This document shows, in pieces, positions 49,783-61,992 of a DNA stretch of 64,000 bases. Each line of letters opens with the position of its first letter. The first letter of the stretch is position 1. The position numbers and the translations under genes are program-made. The notes below the pieces were generated by a model that saw nothing but the letters and a program-made list of their open reading frames with translations, made no database searches and was not told the origin of the DNA. Source of the stretch: Octopus vulgaris (taxonomy: Eukaryota); the NCBI GenBank assembly GCA_951406725.2, contig OX597830.1, positions 8,370,001 to 8,434,000 on the forward strand, in the 5' to 3' direction.

Positions 49783-49948
49783 TACATGATAGGCTTCTTT
49801 CAGTTTCCATCTACCAAATCCACTCACAAGGCTTTGGTCGCCCTGAGGCTATAGTAAAAGATACTTGCCCAAGGCGCCACACAGTGGGACTGAACCTAGA
49901 ACCATGTGGCTGATAAGCAAGCTACTTACCACACAACCACTACTGCAC
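49521..49948 (-). mobile_element. SINE family A
   Basis: Reverse complement of the family consensus. Confidence 0.88.
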
Positions 49949-50712
49949 CATGTATGTATGTTTATATTTTTTTATATATGTGCATATATTAACGTCTGTA
50001 TGTATACATGTATCTATACAAAAATGCATGTGTGTACGTATACATGTACATACACATGGGTACAAGTATATATGCCTGTGTGTGTATATGTATATATACA
50101 TGTGTGCAAGAGTGTATAGATGAAGGTGTGTTTATGTGTGTATATACAGCTGCATGTGTGCATATATGTGCCTGTATAAATGTATGCACGTGTATGTGCA
50201 CACATAAATGTATGCATATATAAAAGTGTGCGTATGTGCATATGTCTGTGTGAGGACGTGAAGAAAAGAGAAAAACAGAGCCGACCGCAGAAACCTATTT
50301 ACCCCTGATTTATCTTCGTTAACTGCCGATTACTGAGAGTAATAGAAGTAAATGAGGCATTGAGAAGTGGAGGATGAGAGCTACTCATGGAAGCTCTGGG
50401 TGCAAGTACACACACGCATATGTACATACATATACACATGCATATATATACAGATGTACATACATATATACATACAGGTATATATAAATACATACATACA
50501 TATATATGTGTGTGTATATATATGTGTGTGTGTGTGTGTATATATATATATGTGTGTGTCTGTATATATATGTGTGTGTCTGTATATATATATGTGTGTG
50601 TATGTATATATATGTGTGTGTATGTATATATATGTGTGTGTATGTATATATATATATATATATATATATGATTAAGTATATCATTATTGAATTGCTACAT
50701 GGTGGTTCTCTA

Positions 50713-50757
<45 letters not shown>

Positions 50758-51141
50758 GTATATACATATAATGTACATACATATATATATATGTGTTTGT
50801 ATATATGTATATATATATATATGTGTGTATGTATATATATATATACATATAATGTACATACATATATGTACATACTTACATACTTATGCATATATATATT
50901 TACATACATATCTATATGTATTTACAGACATATACATATATATTTACATTCATATATGTACATACAAATACATATATATTTACATACATATCTATGCACA
51001 TACATATATATATATATATATGTACATACATATACATAGGCACATACATATATAAAAGCACACATATATCATGTATAAATGTTTGTACATATACATATAT
51101 ATGTATCATCATCATCATCATCATCATGATACATATATATG

Positions 51142-51174
<33 letters not shown>

Positions 51175-51737
51175 GTACACATTTAATTATGTATATACAC
51201 ACATACACACACACATATACACATCATGTAGATTATTTGGGCTAATAGAAATTAAGTATAAATTAAAGCACAGTGTTATTTTACTTGTCTCTCCTCTACA
51301 ACACTCATAAGTCTAATTGTGTACATATGTGCATACATGAGTGTCCCTGTTCATGTGTGTGTGTATATGTGTCTCAACCGATGTATGCATTTACTTTTAA
51401 TTCGTGCATACGTGTACATGTATGTCCATGCATGGCTAAACAGCTGAAAGTTATAAAAGTAGTGATTATCAAATGCTATAAAGATATCATCATCGTCATC
51501 ATCATTTAACATCTGTATTACCATGGTAGCATGGGTCAGAGGTGTCTCACAGTATCATACCACATTCATCATGGGACCAACATCATTTGACACACCCAGC
51601 AACAGTGAAAGAAACCCCTCAACACAATGGCTGTTTTATCAGCATGTATTTTTTTTTTTCCAAGCTGGGAGCCCTTCCTATCATCAACAGCTTTATGAAA
51701 CTCACATGGATAGACAGCCTTCAGGAAACCAAATATA

Positions 51738-52285
51738 TATTTCTTTACTGCCCACAAGGGCCTAAACACAGAGGGGACAAACAAGGACAGACAAAGGGAT
51801 TAAGTTGATTACATTGACTCCAGTGTGAAACTGGTACTTTATTTATCGACCTCGAAAGGATGAAAGGCAAAGTCGACCTCGGCGGAGGAAACCAAATATA
51901 AGGACTTGGTTTACAAGGTACTTGTTGAGGGATTGCTCACAACCTAAAGGACAACAGGAAATGTGTCAAGTCCAACAGGAAACGGTGTTTCCTAGGGCTA
52001 AATAACAGTAGCATTTTTCCCTTTCATGGGACTATCACATTAAGTTGATAACATACCTATTTCTTTACTACCCACAAGGGGCTAAACACAGAGAGGACAA
52101 ACAAGTACAGATAAACGGATTAAGTCGATTATATCGACCCCAGTGCACAACTGGTACTTATTTAATTGACCCTGAAAGGATGAAAGGCAAAGTCGACCTT
52201 GGCGGAATTTGAACTCAGAACGTAGTGGCAGACGAAATACCGCTAAGCATTTTGCCCGGCATGCTAACGATTCTGCCAGCTCGCC
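51738..52285 (-). mobile_element. Two family D SINEs (5'-truncated 51738-51886; full length 52056-52285)
   Basis: TSDs aggaaaccaaatata and taagttga(t/c)aacata, respectively. Confidence 0.88.
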
Positions 52286-52795
52286 ATAAGTTGACAACAT
52301 ATTATCAAAATATATCAAAATATTACTTTGCAAACAAATTACAGATGGCAAAAACAAAAACCAGCCACAGAAAATCTGCCTCAACAAATTTCGTTTGGCC
52401 CAAAAAAGCTTGGAAAAGTGGACGTTAAAATAAATGAGGAAAAACTACCAGAAATGTAATTCATTCTCCTGTTTTTATTCTCTTTCCCGTTTAACATGGC
52501 TGAAGCCTGATTAATTTTTAATTACTCGTTAAGCACTGTAAGTGAATAATACTTCGTTTGCACAAATTAAGAAGACATGTTTTGTGGAGCTATGTGTGCA
52601 TACATTTATTTATTTATCTATTTATATACACACACACATCTATATATATGTGTGTATGTGCTTGCATATATGCATATGTATAATATACACACATGCAGAC
52701 ACATTTAGTCGTACACAAGCAGACATATAAACAGATATGCATGTATGTGCACACTCTAAAAAAGAGCATATATATATATGTATGTATGTATATAT

Positions 52796-52850
<55 letters not shown>

Positions 52851-53109
52851 TGTGTGTGGAGAGAGATATAGGCCTTAATTTATTGACTGGAAACTTAAGC
52901 TTATCTATACAAACACGTTAGTGCATATATATATATATATATATATATGTATACACACACAATTATATATATGTATGTATACACATGAATGAATGTAGGA
53001 AATGGAAAAGCAAGTTCTATATGCAAATCATTTGTCCAGATGTGTATATGCATATGAACCTATATATCATATAAACACACATAAATATATATACACACAC
53101 ATACGTACA

Positions 53110-53157
<48 letters not shown>

Positions 53158-53229
53158 CACGTACATAACTATATATATATATATACATACACGTACATAA
53201 CTATATATATATATATACATACACGTACA

Positions 53230-53270
<41 letters not shown>

Positions 53271-53362
53271 GTACATAACTATATATATATATATACATAA
53301 ATATATATACACACGTAAATATATACACACACATACGTAAATATATATACACATGTAAATAT

Positions 53363-53418
<56 letters not shown>

Positions 53419-53856
53419 GTATACACAAAATACATACATATTATACAACCATGCATACACACACACATACACACAGCTATACATATATAAATGCATCAGG
53501 TAAGTGTTTGCTCCAAGACAAACATGACGACGACAACCCACAAGAAGAAAAAAATCAATAAAAGACATAAAAAAACAAACAAACAAGAATGACAACAATA
53601 TATAAAACAAAAGGAAAGTGAAAGTTAAGAGGAGGAGGAAGAGGAGGGAGAGGAGGAGGAAGAGGAGGGAGAGGAGGAGGAAGAGGAGGGAGAGGAGGAG
53701 GGAGTTTTGTCAAATCCAGTCTACAAAACATAAAGACAAACATAAATAAAGACAATACAAACAACAACAACAACAACAACAACTGATTAATTATAGTAAT
53801 GCTTAATGGGATTGCCAGAAATTAGATTGACAAAACAATGAGGAACATATTGTACA

Positions 53857-53894
<38 letters not shown>

Positions 53895-53921
53895 TGTGTG
53901 TGTGCACACATCTAAGTGTAT

Positions 53922-53955
<34 letters not shown>

Positions 53956-53984
53956 ATGCATCTAAGTGTATACGTGTGCGTATG

Positions 53985-54048
<64 letters not shown>

Positions 54049-54186
54049 TGGTGGTGCCCCAGCATGGCCGTTGCCTTCGGGCTAAAACATTTTTAAGGAT
54101 TTAAGGATTTATATATATATATATATATATATATGTATACACACAGACAGAAAGAGGTGGGGAGAAAGAAGCAGGAGTGAGAGAGA

Positions 54187-54554
54187 GGTGCAGGTGTGGC
54201 TGTGTGGTAAGAGATTTGCTCCCCAACCACATGGCATCAGTTTCTGTCCCACTGTGTGGCACCCTGAGTAAGTGTCTTTTACTACAGCCCTGGGCCAACC
54301 AAAGCTTTGAGTGGATTTGGTAAATGGAAACTGAAAGCCCATCATGTGTGTGTCTGTGTGTGCGTCCTGCCTCTAGTGCTTGACAACCAATGCTGGTTTG
54401 TTTACATCCCTGTAACTTAGCAGTTCAGTGTCAGAGACTGATAGAAACAGTACCAGGCTTACAAAAATAGTTGCTGGAGTTGAATTATTCAGCTGACACT
54501 CTTCATAGCAATGCCCAAGCATGGCCATTGTCCAATGACTGAAACAAGTAAAAG
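54187..54554 (+). mobile_element. SINE family A (older copy; further copies at 56040-56570 and 57640-58050)
   Basis: Diverged match to the consensus. Confidence 0.8.
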
Positions 54555-54612
54555 ATGGTAGGTATATGTGTATGCATATATGTGTTTGTGTGTGTGTATG
54601 TGTGTGTGTGTG

Positions 54613-54657
<45 letters not shown>

Positions 54658-55641
54658 ACATATTTTATGTAAGTATACCTGTTTGTGTGTGTGTGTATGT
54701 ATATATATGCATGTATGCATATTTTATATTAGTATGTGTTTGTGTGTGTATATGTATGCATGGTCATGTTTGTATGTGTATGCAGGTGTGTGGGTGGATG
54801 TAAATGTTATTCACTGTGGGGTTTTTTCAACATCAAAGGCTATCATTTCACCATCAAAGGCCTTCAGAATATTCAAACCTCCACCTATCCACAATTATTG
54901 TTTAAACATCATCTTTAATCATTTAGATATTCATATGTGTTAATTATGTAGATTATATATTCATGACCTACAATAGCTGCATATATGGCAGTGGGGGGGG
55001 GGGTCATGGTTCTTCCTAGCAACAATGGTGATGACAGTGAATACACACCACCCACAAAGTTTTCGAAACACAAAAGACAGGTTTTTGAAGTAAAAGAAAA
55101 CCAGAAAAATTGCAATTAAACAAAGGGTTTTGTACAGTTATGATTTAAGAAGCATAACAGTAAAAAAGTGGCCAAATGCAAACTTAAATGCAAACTGTAA
55201 CCAAAGCACAAAAGTGTAACAACAGCAACTCATCTTTTACCAGCTTTGAAAGTCAAAGGGAGGAACTGGATAAAAATTAACTCTAGAGACAAAAACATGT
55301 CAAAGAGAAATGTTACAAAATGAGTACCTCATTGCTTGAGGAATTTACCCAAGAAAGAAGAAAGTATCTCAGCAGTTGTTTTTTAAAAACAGAGGGGCTG
55401 GGTTCTTTTTGACCCATTAAAAAAAGAAGTTGAAGGTGGCTTTGACTGATCTGTAACAAGATACATGTTCCCTCAAAAGGACCAGAGTATATGGAAGAGT
55501 GCTCGTTATTTAAAATTGAGAATGGACAAGCAAAATTTATTTGCTGCTCATCTAACCAATGAATGGTGCAATACAGTACAAGGGTAGAAGAAACTCAAAG
55601 GGTTAAAGGCTGAGACATAAGCATGAAAATTGTTCCTTGAC

Positions 55642-55805
55642 TTGTAGCCATCTTTGTGACACAATATGAGCAGGACTCGATGTGTGAACTGTACGGACAT
55701 CTAGATTCAGATGACTGCACCAAACATCCAAGACAAAGACCTAGTTGCTATGTATGTGGTAGTAAGGACCACCTAAGTGCTTTCTGCCCAAAACAGGAAA
55801 AGTAG
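55642..55805 (+). pseudogene. Retroelement gag/ORF1 relic with CCHC zinc knuckle
   Basis: ...MCELYGHLDSDDC..RPS-CYVCGSKDHLSAFC-PKQEK*; CX2CX4HX4C at 55746-55787; upstream frame broken by stops. Confidence 0.6.
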
Positions 55806-55980
55806 AAAACAGAGAAAAGCAGACAACAGAGAAGGTAGTAACAACAACAGTAGATCTTTGAGGTGAAGGCCTCTTGATGCTGTCATTCCTGACACCCCAC
55901 CCTCATTTGTCTACACATCAATAGTATATAAAAAACGTCTACTCTATATATTTTTTCTTAACCCAAAGTAAGGCATTATA

Positions 55981-56027
<47 letters not shown>

Positions 56028-57456
56028 CATATATAGTTTCAGATTCAGTCCCACTGCGGGGCACTTTGGGCAAGTGTCTTCTTCTATAGCCCTGGGCTGA
56101 CCAAAGCCTTGTACATGGATTTGGTAGGCAGAAACTGAAAGAAGCCAGTCGTATATAAAAGAAGCCCATCAACTTAGTTTGATTTGAAAACCCCACTAGA
56201 ATGGGAGAAAGCGCTAATACATGATCTAAGTGATATGATATATATATATATTAAAATTGTAATATACAAATAAATATCTGTAAATATAAACCATCCGATT
56301 TTCTGATTACCTCATTTCTTCTAATATATATATATGTACATATTTGTGTGTTTGTGTTTGTGTCTGTCCCCCACTCACCATCACATGACAACCGATGTTG
56401 GTGTGTTTACATCCCTGTAACTTAGCAGTTCAGCAAAAGCGACCGATAGAATAAGTACTAGGCTTACAAAGACTAAGTCCTAGGATTGATTTGTTCGACT
56501 AAATCCCCTTAAGGTGGTGCTCCAGCATGGCCACAGTCAAATGACTGAAACAAGGAAAAGAATAAAAAAGAATATATACATAAATATATATATATGAGAG
56601 AGAGGCAGATATATATATGTGCATATATCCCCATATTTAGTAACCCCTACTTTAGGGGACATTTTGTAATGTATGGGCCTTTGTGGCCATGACTTCACTG
56701 TTGTAATGGTGGTGGTGGTGGTGGTGGTTTAGTGATTTTGTTGGTTTCCAATACACAGTGTTTGTTATATAAACAGATATTGAAACTGATGTACTGTTTA
56801 GTGATTGTCTCTGGTTGTGTGTGTGTGTGTGTGTGTGGTTATCTATATGTGCAGTTATAGGCATCACAGTGTGCAGGCATGATTGTATGAGGTTGTGTGT
56901 GTGAGAGAGAGTGTGTGTGTGTGTGATTGCACATGTGTTTGGTTGTGTGTGAAAGGAAAGGCAAAGTGCTGTGGTCTGGAGACCGGTGTTAAGTAAACCA
57001 AGAGGATTATTAGTTGGGTGAGGATGGAATGGGTGTGAAGAGGATGCCGAGAGAGGGAAAAGTGTAAGAGAAGAAAGGACAGCAACCAGAGAGAGAGAGA
57101 TAGACAGAGAGAAAGAGTATGAGAGTGAAGGAGGCAAATAGACTGACAGAGAAATAAGAGGAGAAATGAAGAGAGAGGGAGCATAATGGGAAAATTAACC
57201 ACAGAATGGAGAGAGAAAAAAGGTAAAAATAATAATGAAAAGCAGGAGAAAAGGAATAAAGAGGAAAAGGAAAAAAAGGGATGCAGACAATAAAGAAATA
57301 TAATAAAGAAAACAAGGAAAACTATTAAAAAACAAGAAATGAAAAATATGAGGAAATAAAGTTGTGAAATAATGTAATAATAGCATGTGTGTGTGTGTGT
57401 GTGTGTGTTTATGTGTGTACATATGTGCATATGTATGTATGTGTGAATCGATACAT

Positions 57457-57512
<56 letters not shown>

Positions 57513-57784
57513 TCATCTAATACTATCTTTTTTCAATGCTAGAATGGGGTGGACCAGTTTGTCAGGAACTGAGAAATCAGGAGACTGCACCAAGCCCTGC
57601 TGTCTGCTTTTGGCATGGTTCCTATGACCAGATGCTTTATGGCTGTGTGGTAAGAAGCTTGCTTACCAACCACATGGTTCCAGGATCAGTCCCACTGCGT
57701 GGTACCTTGGGCAAGTGTCTTCTACTACAGCCTCAGGCTGACCAGCAGTGTGAGTGGATTTGGTAGGCGGAAAGTGATAGAAAC

Positions 57785-57841
<57 letters not shown>

Positions 57842-58113
57842 ATGTGTGTATATACCTATGTGTGTGTGTTTTTTTTGTTATCCACTCTTGCTTGACAAGC
57901 AGTGTTGGTGTGTTTACATCCCTATAACTTAGTTTAGCAAAAAAGACTAATAAAGTACCAGGCTTTAAAAAAAAGGCACTGGTCAATTCGACTAAAATTC
58001 CTCAAGGTGTTGCCCCAGCATGAGTGCAGTCTAATAATTGAAACTCCTAAAGAGATTAAAAAAAAAAAGAAGAGACTATATATATAATGTATGTACGTAT
58101 ATATATATATATA

Positions 58114-59365
58114 TCATCATCATCATCATCATCATCGTTTAACGTCCGCTTTCCATGCTAGCATGGGTTGGACGGTTCAACTGGGGTCTGGCAAGCCCGA
58201 AGGCTGCACCAGGCCAGTCAGATCTGGCAGTGTTTCTACAGCTGGATGCCCTTCCTAACGCCAACCACTCCGAGAGTGTAGTGGGTGATTTTATGTGCCA
58301 CTGACACAGGTGCCAGACGAGGCTGGCAGACGGCCACGCTCGGATGGTGTTTTTTATGTGCCACCGACACAGGTGCCAGACGAGGCTGGCGGACGGCCAC
58401 GCTCGGATGGTGTTTTCTTATGTGTCACCGACACAGGTGCCAGACGGGGCTGGCGGACGGCCACGCTCGGATGGTGTTTGTTACGTGCCCTCAGCACGGA
58501 GGCCAGTCGTTGCGGTACTGGCTACGATCACGTTCGGATGGTTTTCTTATGTGCCACCGGCACTGGTACCACAAGGATACAAATTCCATTGATGTTCATC
58601 TATTTTGATTTGGTTCGATTTGATTTGATTTGATTCGATTCGATTCTCACTTGCCTCAACAGGTCTTCACAAGTGTCACAAGAAGGAAGGTATGCACAGG
58701 TGGACTGACTACGTCCCAGGTAGGGGCCACGGATTATGGCTTCACTAGTCTTGCCGGGTCTTCTCACGCACAGCATACTTCCATAGGTCTCGGTCTCTAG
58801 TCATTTCCATGGTGAGACCTAACGTCCGAAGGTTGTGCTTCACCACTTCGTCCCAGGTTTTCCTGGGTCTACCTCTTCCACGGGTTCCCTCAACTGCTAG
58901 GGATTGGCACTTTCTCACACACCTATCTTCATCCATTCTCGCCACATGACCATACCAGCGCAATCGTCTCTCTTGCACACAACAACTGATGCTTCTTAGG
59001 TACAACATTTCTCTCAAGGTACTAACGCTCTGTCGAGTAAGTACACTGACACTACACATCCATCGGAGCATACTGGCTTCATTCCTCACAAGCTTACGCA
59101 TGTCCTCAGCAGTCACGGCCCATGTTTCACTGCCATGTAGCATAGCTGTTCGTACACATGCATCATACAGTCTGCCTTTTACTCTGAGCGAGAGGCCTTT
59201 AGTCACCAGCAGAGGTAAGAGCTCCCTAAACTTTGCCCAGGCTATTCTTATTCTAGCAGTTACACTTTCAGCGCACCCGCCCCCAGTACTGACTTGGTCA
59301 CCTAGATAGCGGAAGCTATCAACTACTTCTAGTTCTATCAACTTCTATCAACTTCTATCAACTAC

Positions 59366-59370
<5 letters not shown>
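58114..59370 (-). mobile_element. 5'-truncated RTE LINE (ORF end 58745-59341 and 3' UTR with five 63-66-bp modules)
   Basis: Protein highly similar to the C-terminal half of the 8943 ORF; inserted in (TA)n. Confidence 0.93.
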
Positions 59371-59406
<36 letters not shown>

Positions 59407-59605
59407 ATGTGTGTATATATATATATCATCATCATCATCATCATCAACAATGTCCATTTTCCATGCTGGCATGGGTTGGACACAGTTTGACAGGAGCTGG
59501 CTACGCAGAAGACTGCACCAGGGTTCATTCTGTTTTTATAGGGTTTTTATGGCTAGATGCACCTCCTAACACTAACCAACAAACTACACACACACACACA
59601 CACAA

Positions 59606-59822
59606 GAGGCTCTCCACACCACTGATGTTATCCAAGGGAGAGGCAAAGGGGCTGATACAGCTTGGCACCAGTGATGTTGCAACTCATTTCTACAGCTGAG
59701 TTAACTGGAGCAACGTGAAATAAAGTGTCTTGCTCAAGAACACAACACACAGCCTGGTCCGGGAATCAAACTCACAACCTCACGATCGTAAGCTCGACGC
59801 TCTAACCACTGAGCCATGCACC
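59606..59822 (-). mobile_element. SINE family C (3'-truncated)
   Basis: Reverse complement of the 41472 copy. Confidence 0.85.
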
Positions 59823-59934
59823 TTCATGTGTATAATATAACATACATATATATATATTTATATATACACATACACACATATATATATATATACACACACG
59901 TACACACACACACATATATACACACAAGTGTATA

Positions 59935-59984
<50 letters not shown>

Positions 59985-59987
59985 TGT

Positions 59988-60136
<149 letters not shown>

Positions 60137-60147
60137 GTGTATATGTA

Positions 60148-60193
<46 letters not shown>

Positions 60194-60195
<2 letters not shown>

Positions 60196-60334
60196 GGAGT
60201 AAACACATAAATGTGAAACAAGGTGGAAAAAGAGTACTCAAATACCAGTGGTAGAGTAATATGCTTTATTTTAAGCAGCAGAAAATTCAACAGAGTAACA
60301 GATTTTGTTGAATTTTCTGCTTTAAAATAAAGTA
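60194..60334. repeat. Short foldback with one-sided ~65-bp extension, in (TA)n
   Basis: atgctttattttaagcagcagaaaattcaaca / tgttgaattttctgctttaaaataaagtat. Confidence 0.75.
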
Positions 60335-60352
60335 TATATATATATATATATA

Positions 60353-60680
60353 TGACTGGCTTCTGTGCTGGTGGCACATAAAAAGCACCATCCGAACGTG
60401 GCCGGTGTCAGCGCTGCCTTGACTGGCTTCCGTGCCAATGGCACGTTAAAAGCACCAACTGATCGTGGCCGATGCCAGAAACCCCCTGACACCTGTGCAG
60501 GTGGCACGTAAAAAGCACTCACTACACTCGCGGAGTGGTTGGTGTTAGGAAGGGCATCCAGCTGTAGAAACACTGCCAGATCAGACTGGAGCCTGGTGCA
60601 GCCCCTTGCTTCCCAGACCCCGGTCGAACCGTCCAACCCGTGGTAGCACAGAAAACGGACGTTAAACGATGATGATGATA
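60353..60680 (+). mobile_element. RTE 3'-UTR fragment (three modules)
   Basis: Same tail family. Confidence 0.87.
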
Positions 60681-60683
60681 TAT

Positions 60684-60982
60684 ATCACCATGACTGACCA
60701 GGCTATCAGATGTTGCTACACATCGCTGGTCACAATGCGCTTCGCATTGTTTTAGCCTTCAAATGACGCCACCCCGCTGGCTAAGCGAGCAGGCCAACAG
60801 AAGAAAGAGTGAGAGAAAGTTGTGGCGAAAGAGTACAGCAGTGATCACCACCCCCTGCCAGAGCCTCGTGGAGCTTTAGGTGTTTTCGCTCAATAAACAC
60901 TCACATCGCCCGGTCTGGGAAATGAAACCGCGATCCTACGACCGCGAGTCCGCTGCATTAACCACTGGGCCATTGCGCCTCC
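60684..60982 (-). mobile_element. SINE family B
   Basis: Reverse complement of 29008-29318. Confidence 0.92.
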
Positions 60983-61003
60983 ATATATATATTTATATAT
61001 ATA

Positions 61004-61416
61004 TAAAAACTACAGTAGCATCCACCCTTAGGGGTAGCCGTATTGAAATGGCAAATATACGTCACGATGTGTTACCGCTACTGTATATAACTCACTTTGA
61101 TATTTATCATTGATTTCACTTTTTCAATATCAGCGACAGTGGATGCTGGAAAAAGTATAAGTATTTGTGAAGGAAATCTAATTCTCGCCGACAACTATGA
61201 TTGTCACACGCTGACGAGAGGTCAATACCTCGAAACTCGAGTCCGTGTGTATCATAAGTTGAAGACGGGAAGGATGACTTCCCTTTGCAAATACTGACAG
61301 GACACAGATAGTGTGTCTATGGCCAGCTGGAGGAGTGTGTCCTCCTGGGGCTAAAAACTACAGTAGCATCCACCCTTAGGGGTAGCCATATTGAAATGGC
61401 AAATATACGTCACGAT
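61004..61416 (+). mobile_element. Retrozyme-like / PLE pseudo-LTR-like element: 348-bp monomer plus 65-bp terminal redundancy
   Basis: Direct repeat 61004-61068 = 61352-61416 (1 mismatch); internal hammerhead; no meaningful ORF; flanked by (TA)n. Confidence 0.85.
61193..61260 (+). ncRNA. Type I hammerhead ribozyme, intact core
   Basis: Stem I cacacg/cgtgtg, CTGACGA (61211-61217), stem II gagg/cctc with loop tcaata, GAAA (61232-61235), stem III AC-TCGA-GT, cleavage triplet GTC (cut after 61243), distal stem I tatgat/atcata. Confidence 0.92.
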
Positions 61417-61992
61417 ATATATATATATGTGCATAGTGTGCCTGCACACCAATGCCAGGTGATAACATGGGTAATGGATACCGATAGTATATACAGATAT
61501 TTTTATCCCTTAGTCAGTTATTATAACCACTAACTCTGTTTACACTATATATATATATATATATTATATATATACACACACGTGTATATACGTATGTGTA
61601 TACACACACACTTTCATTTGCACTTTCTCGTATGTGTGTGTATATACATATATACATATATATACATACACATTCATATACACGTGTGTGTATATATATG
61701 TGTGTATGTATATGCATGATTGTTCCAGTGGAAAATTCTAAATACTTTATATACGGTAAACAAGCAACTTTAGTCAAACATTATTTCCTGTACTTCAAAT
61801 AATATTCGACAAAAGGTTAAGTCATTCAAGGAGATTCAAAAAGATGATTGGAAAAAAAAAAAAAAAGAAATAGTGCGTAGTAGCCATTAGAGTGTGACTC
61901 ACTTACTTCACAACAAGGGTAAAGGTAACCGTCATCATCATCGTTTAATGTCTGTTTTCAATGCTGGCATGGACTGAACGGTTTTACAAGAA

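Noticed and set aside
53490-53506. Perfect donor cag|gtaagt
   Set aside because: Preceded only by microsatellite; no credible exon.
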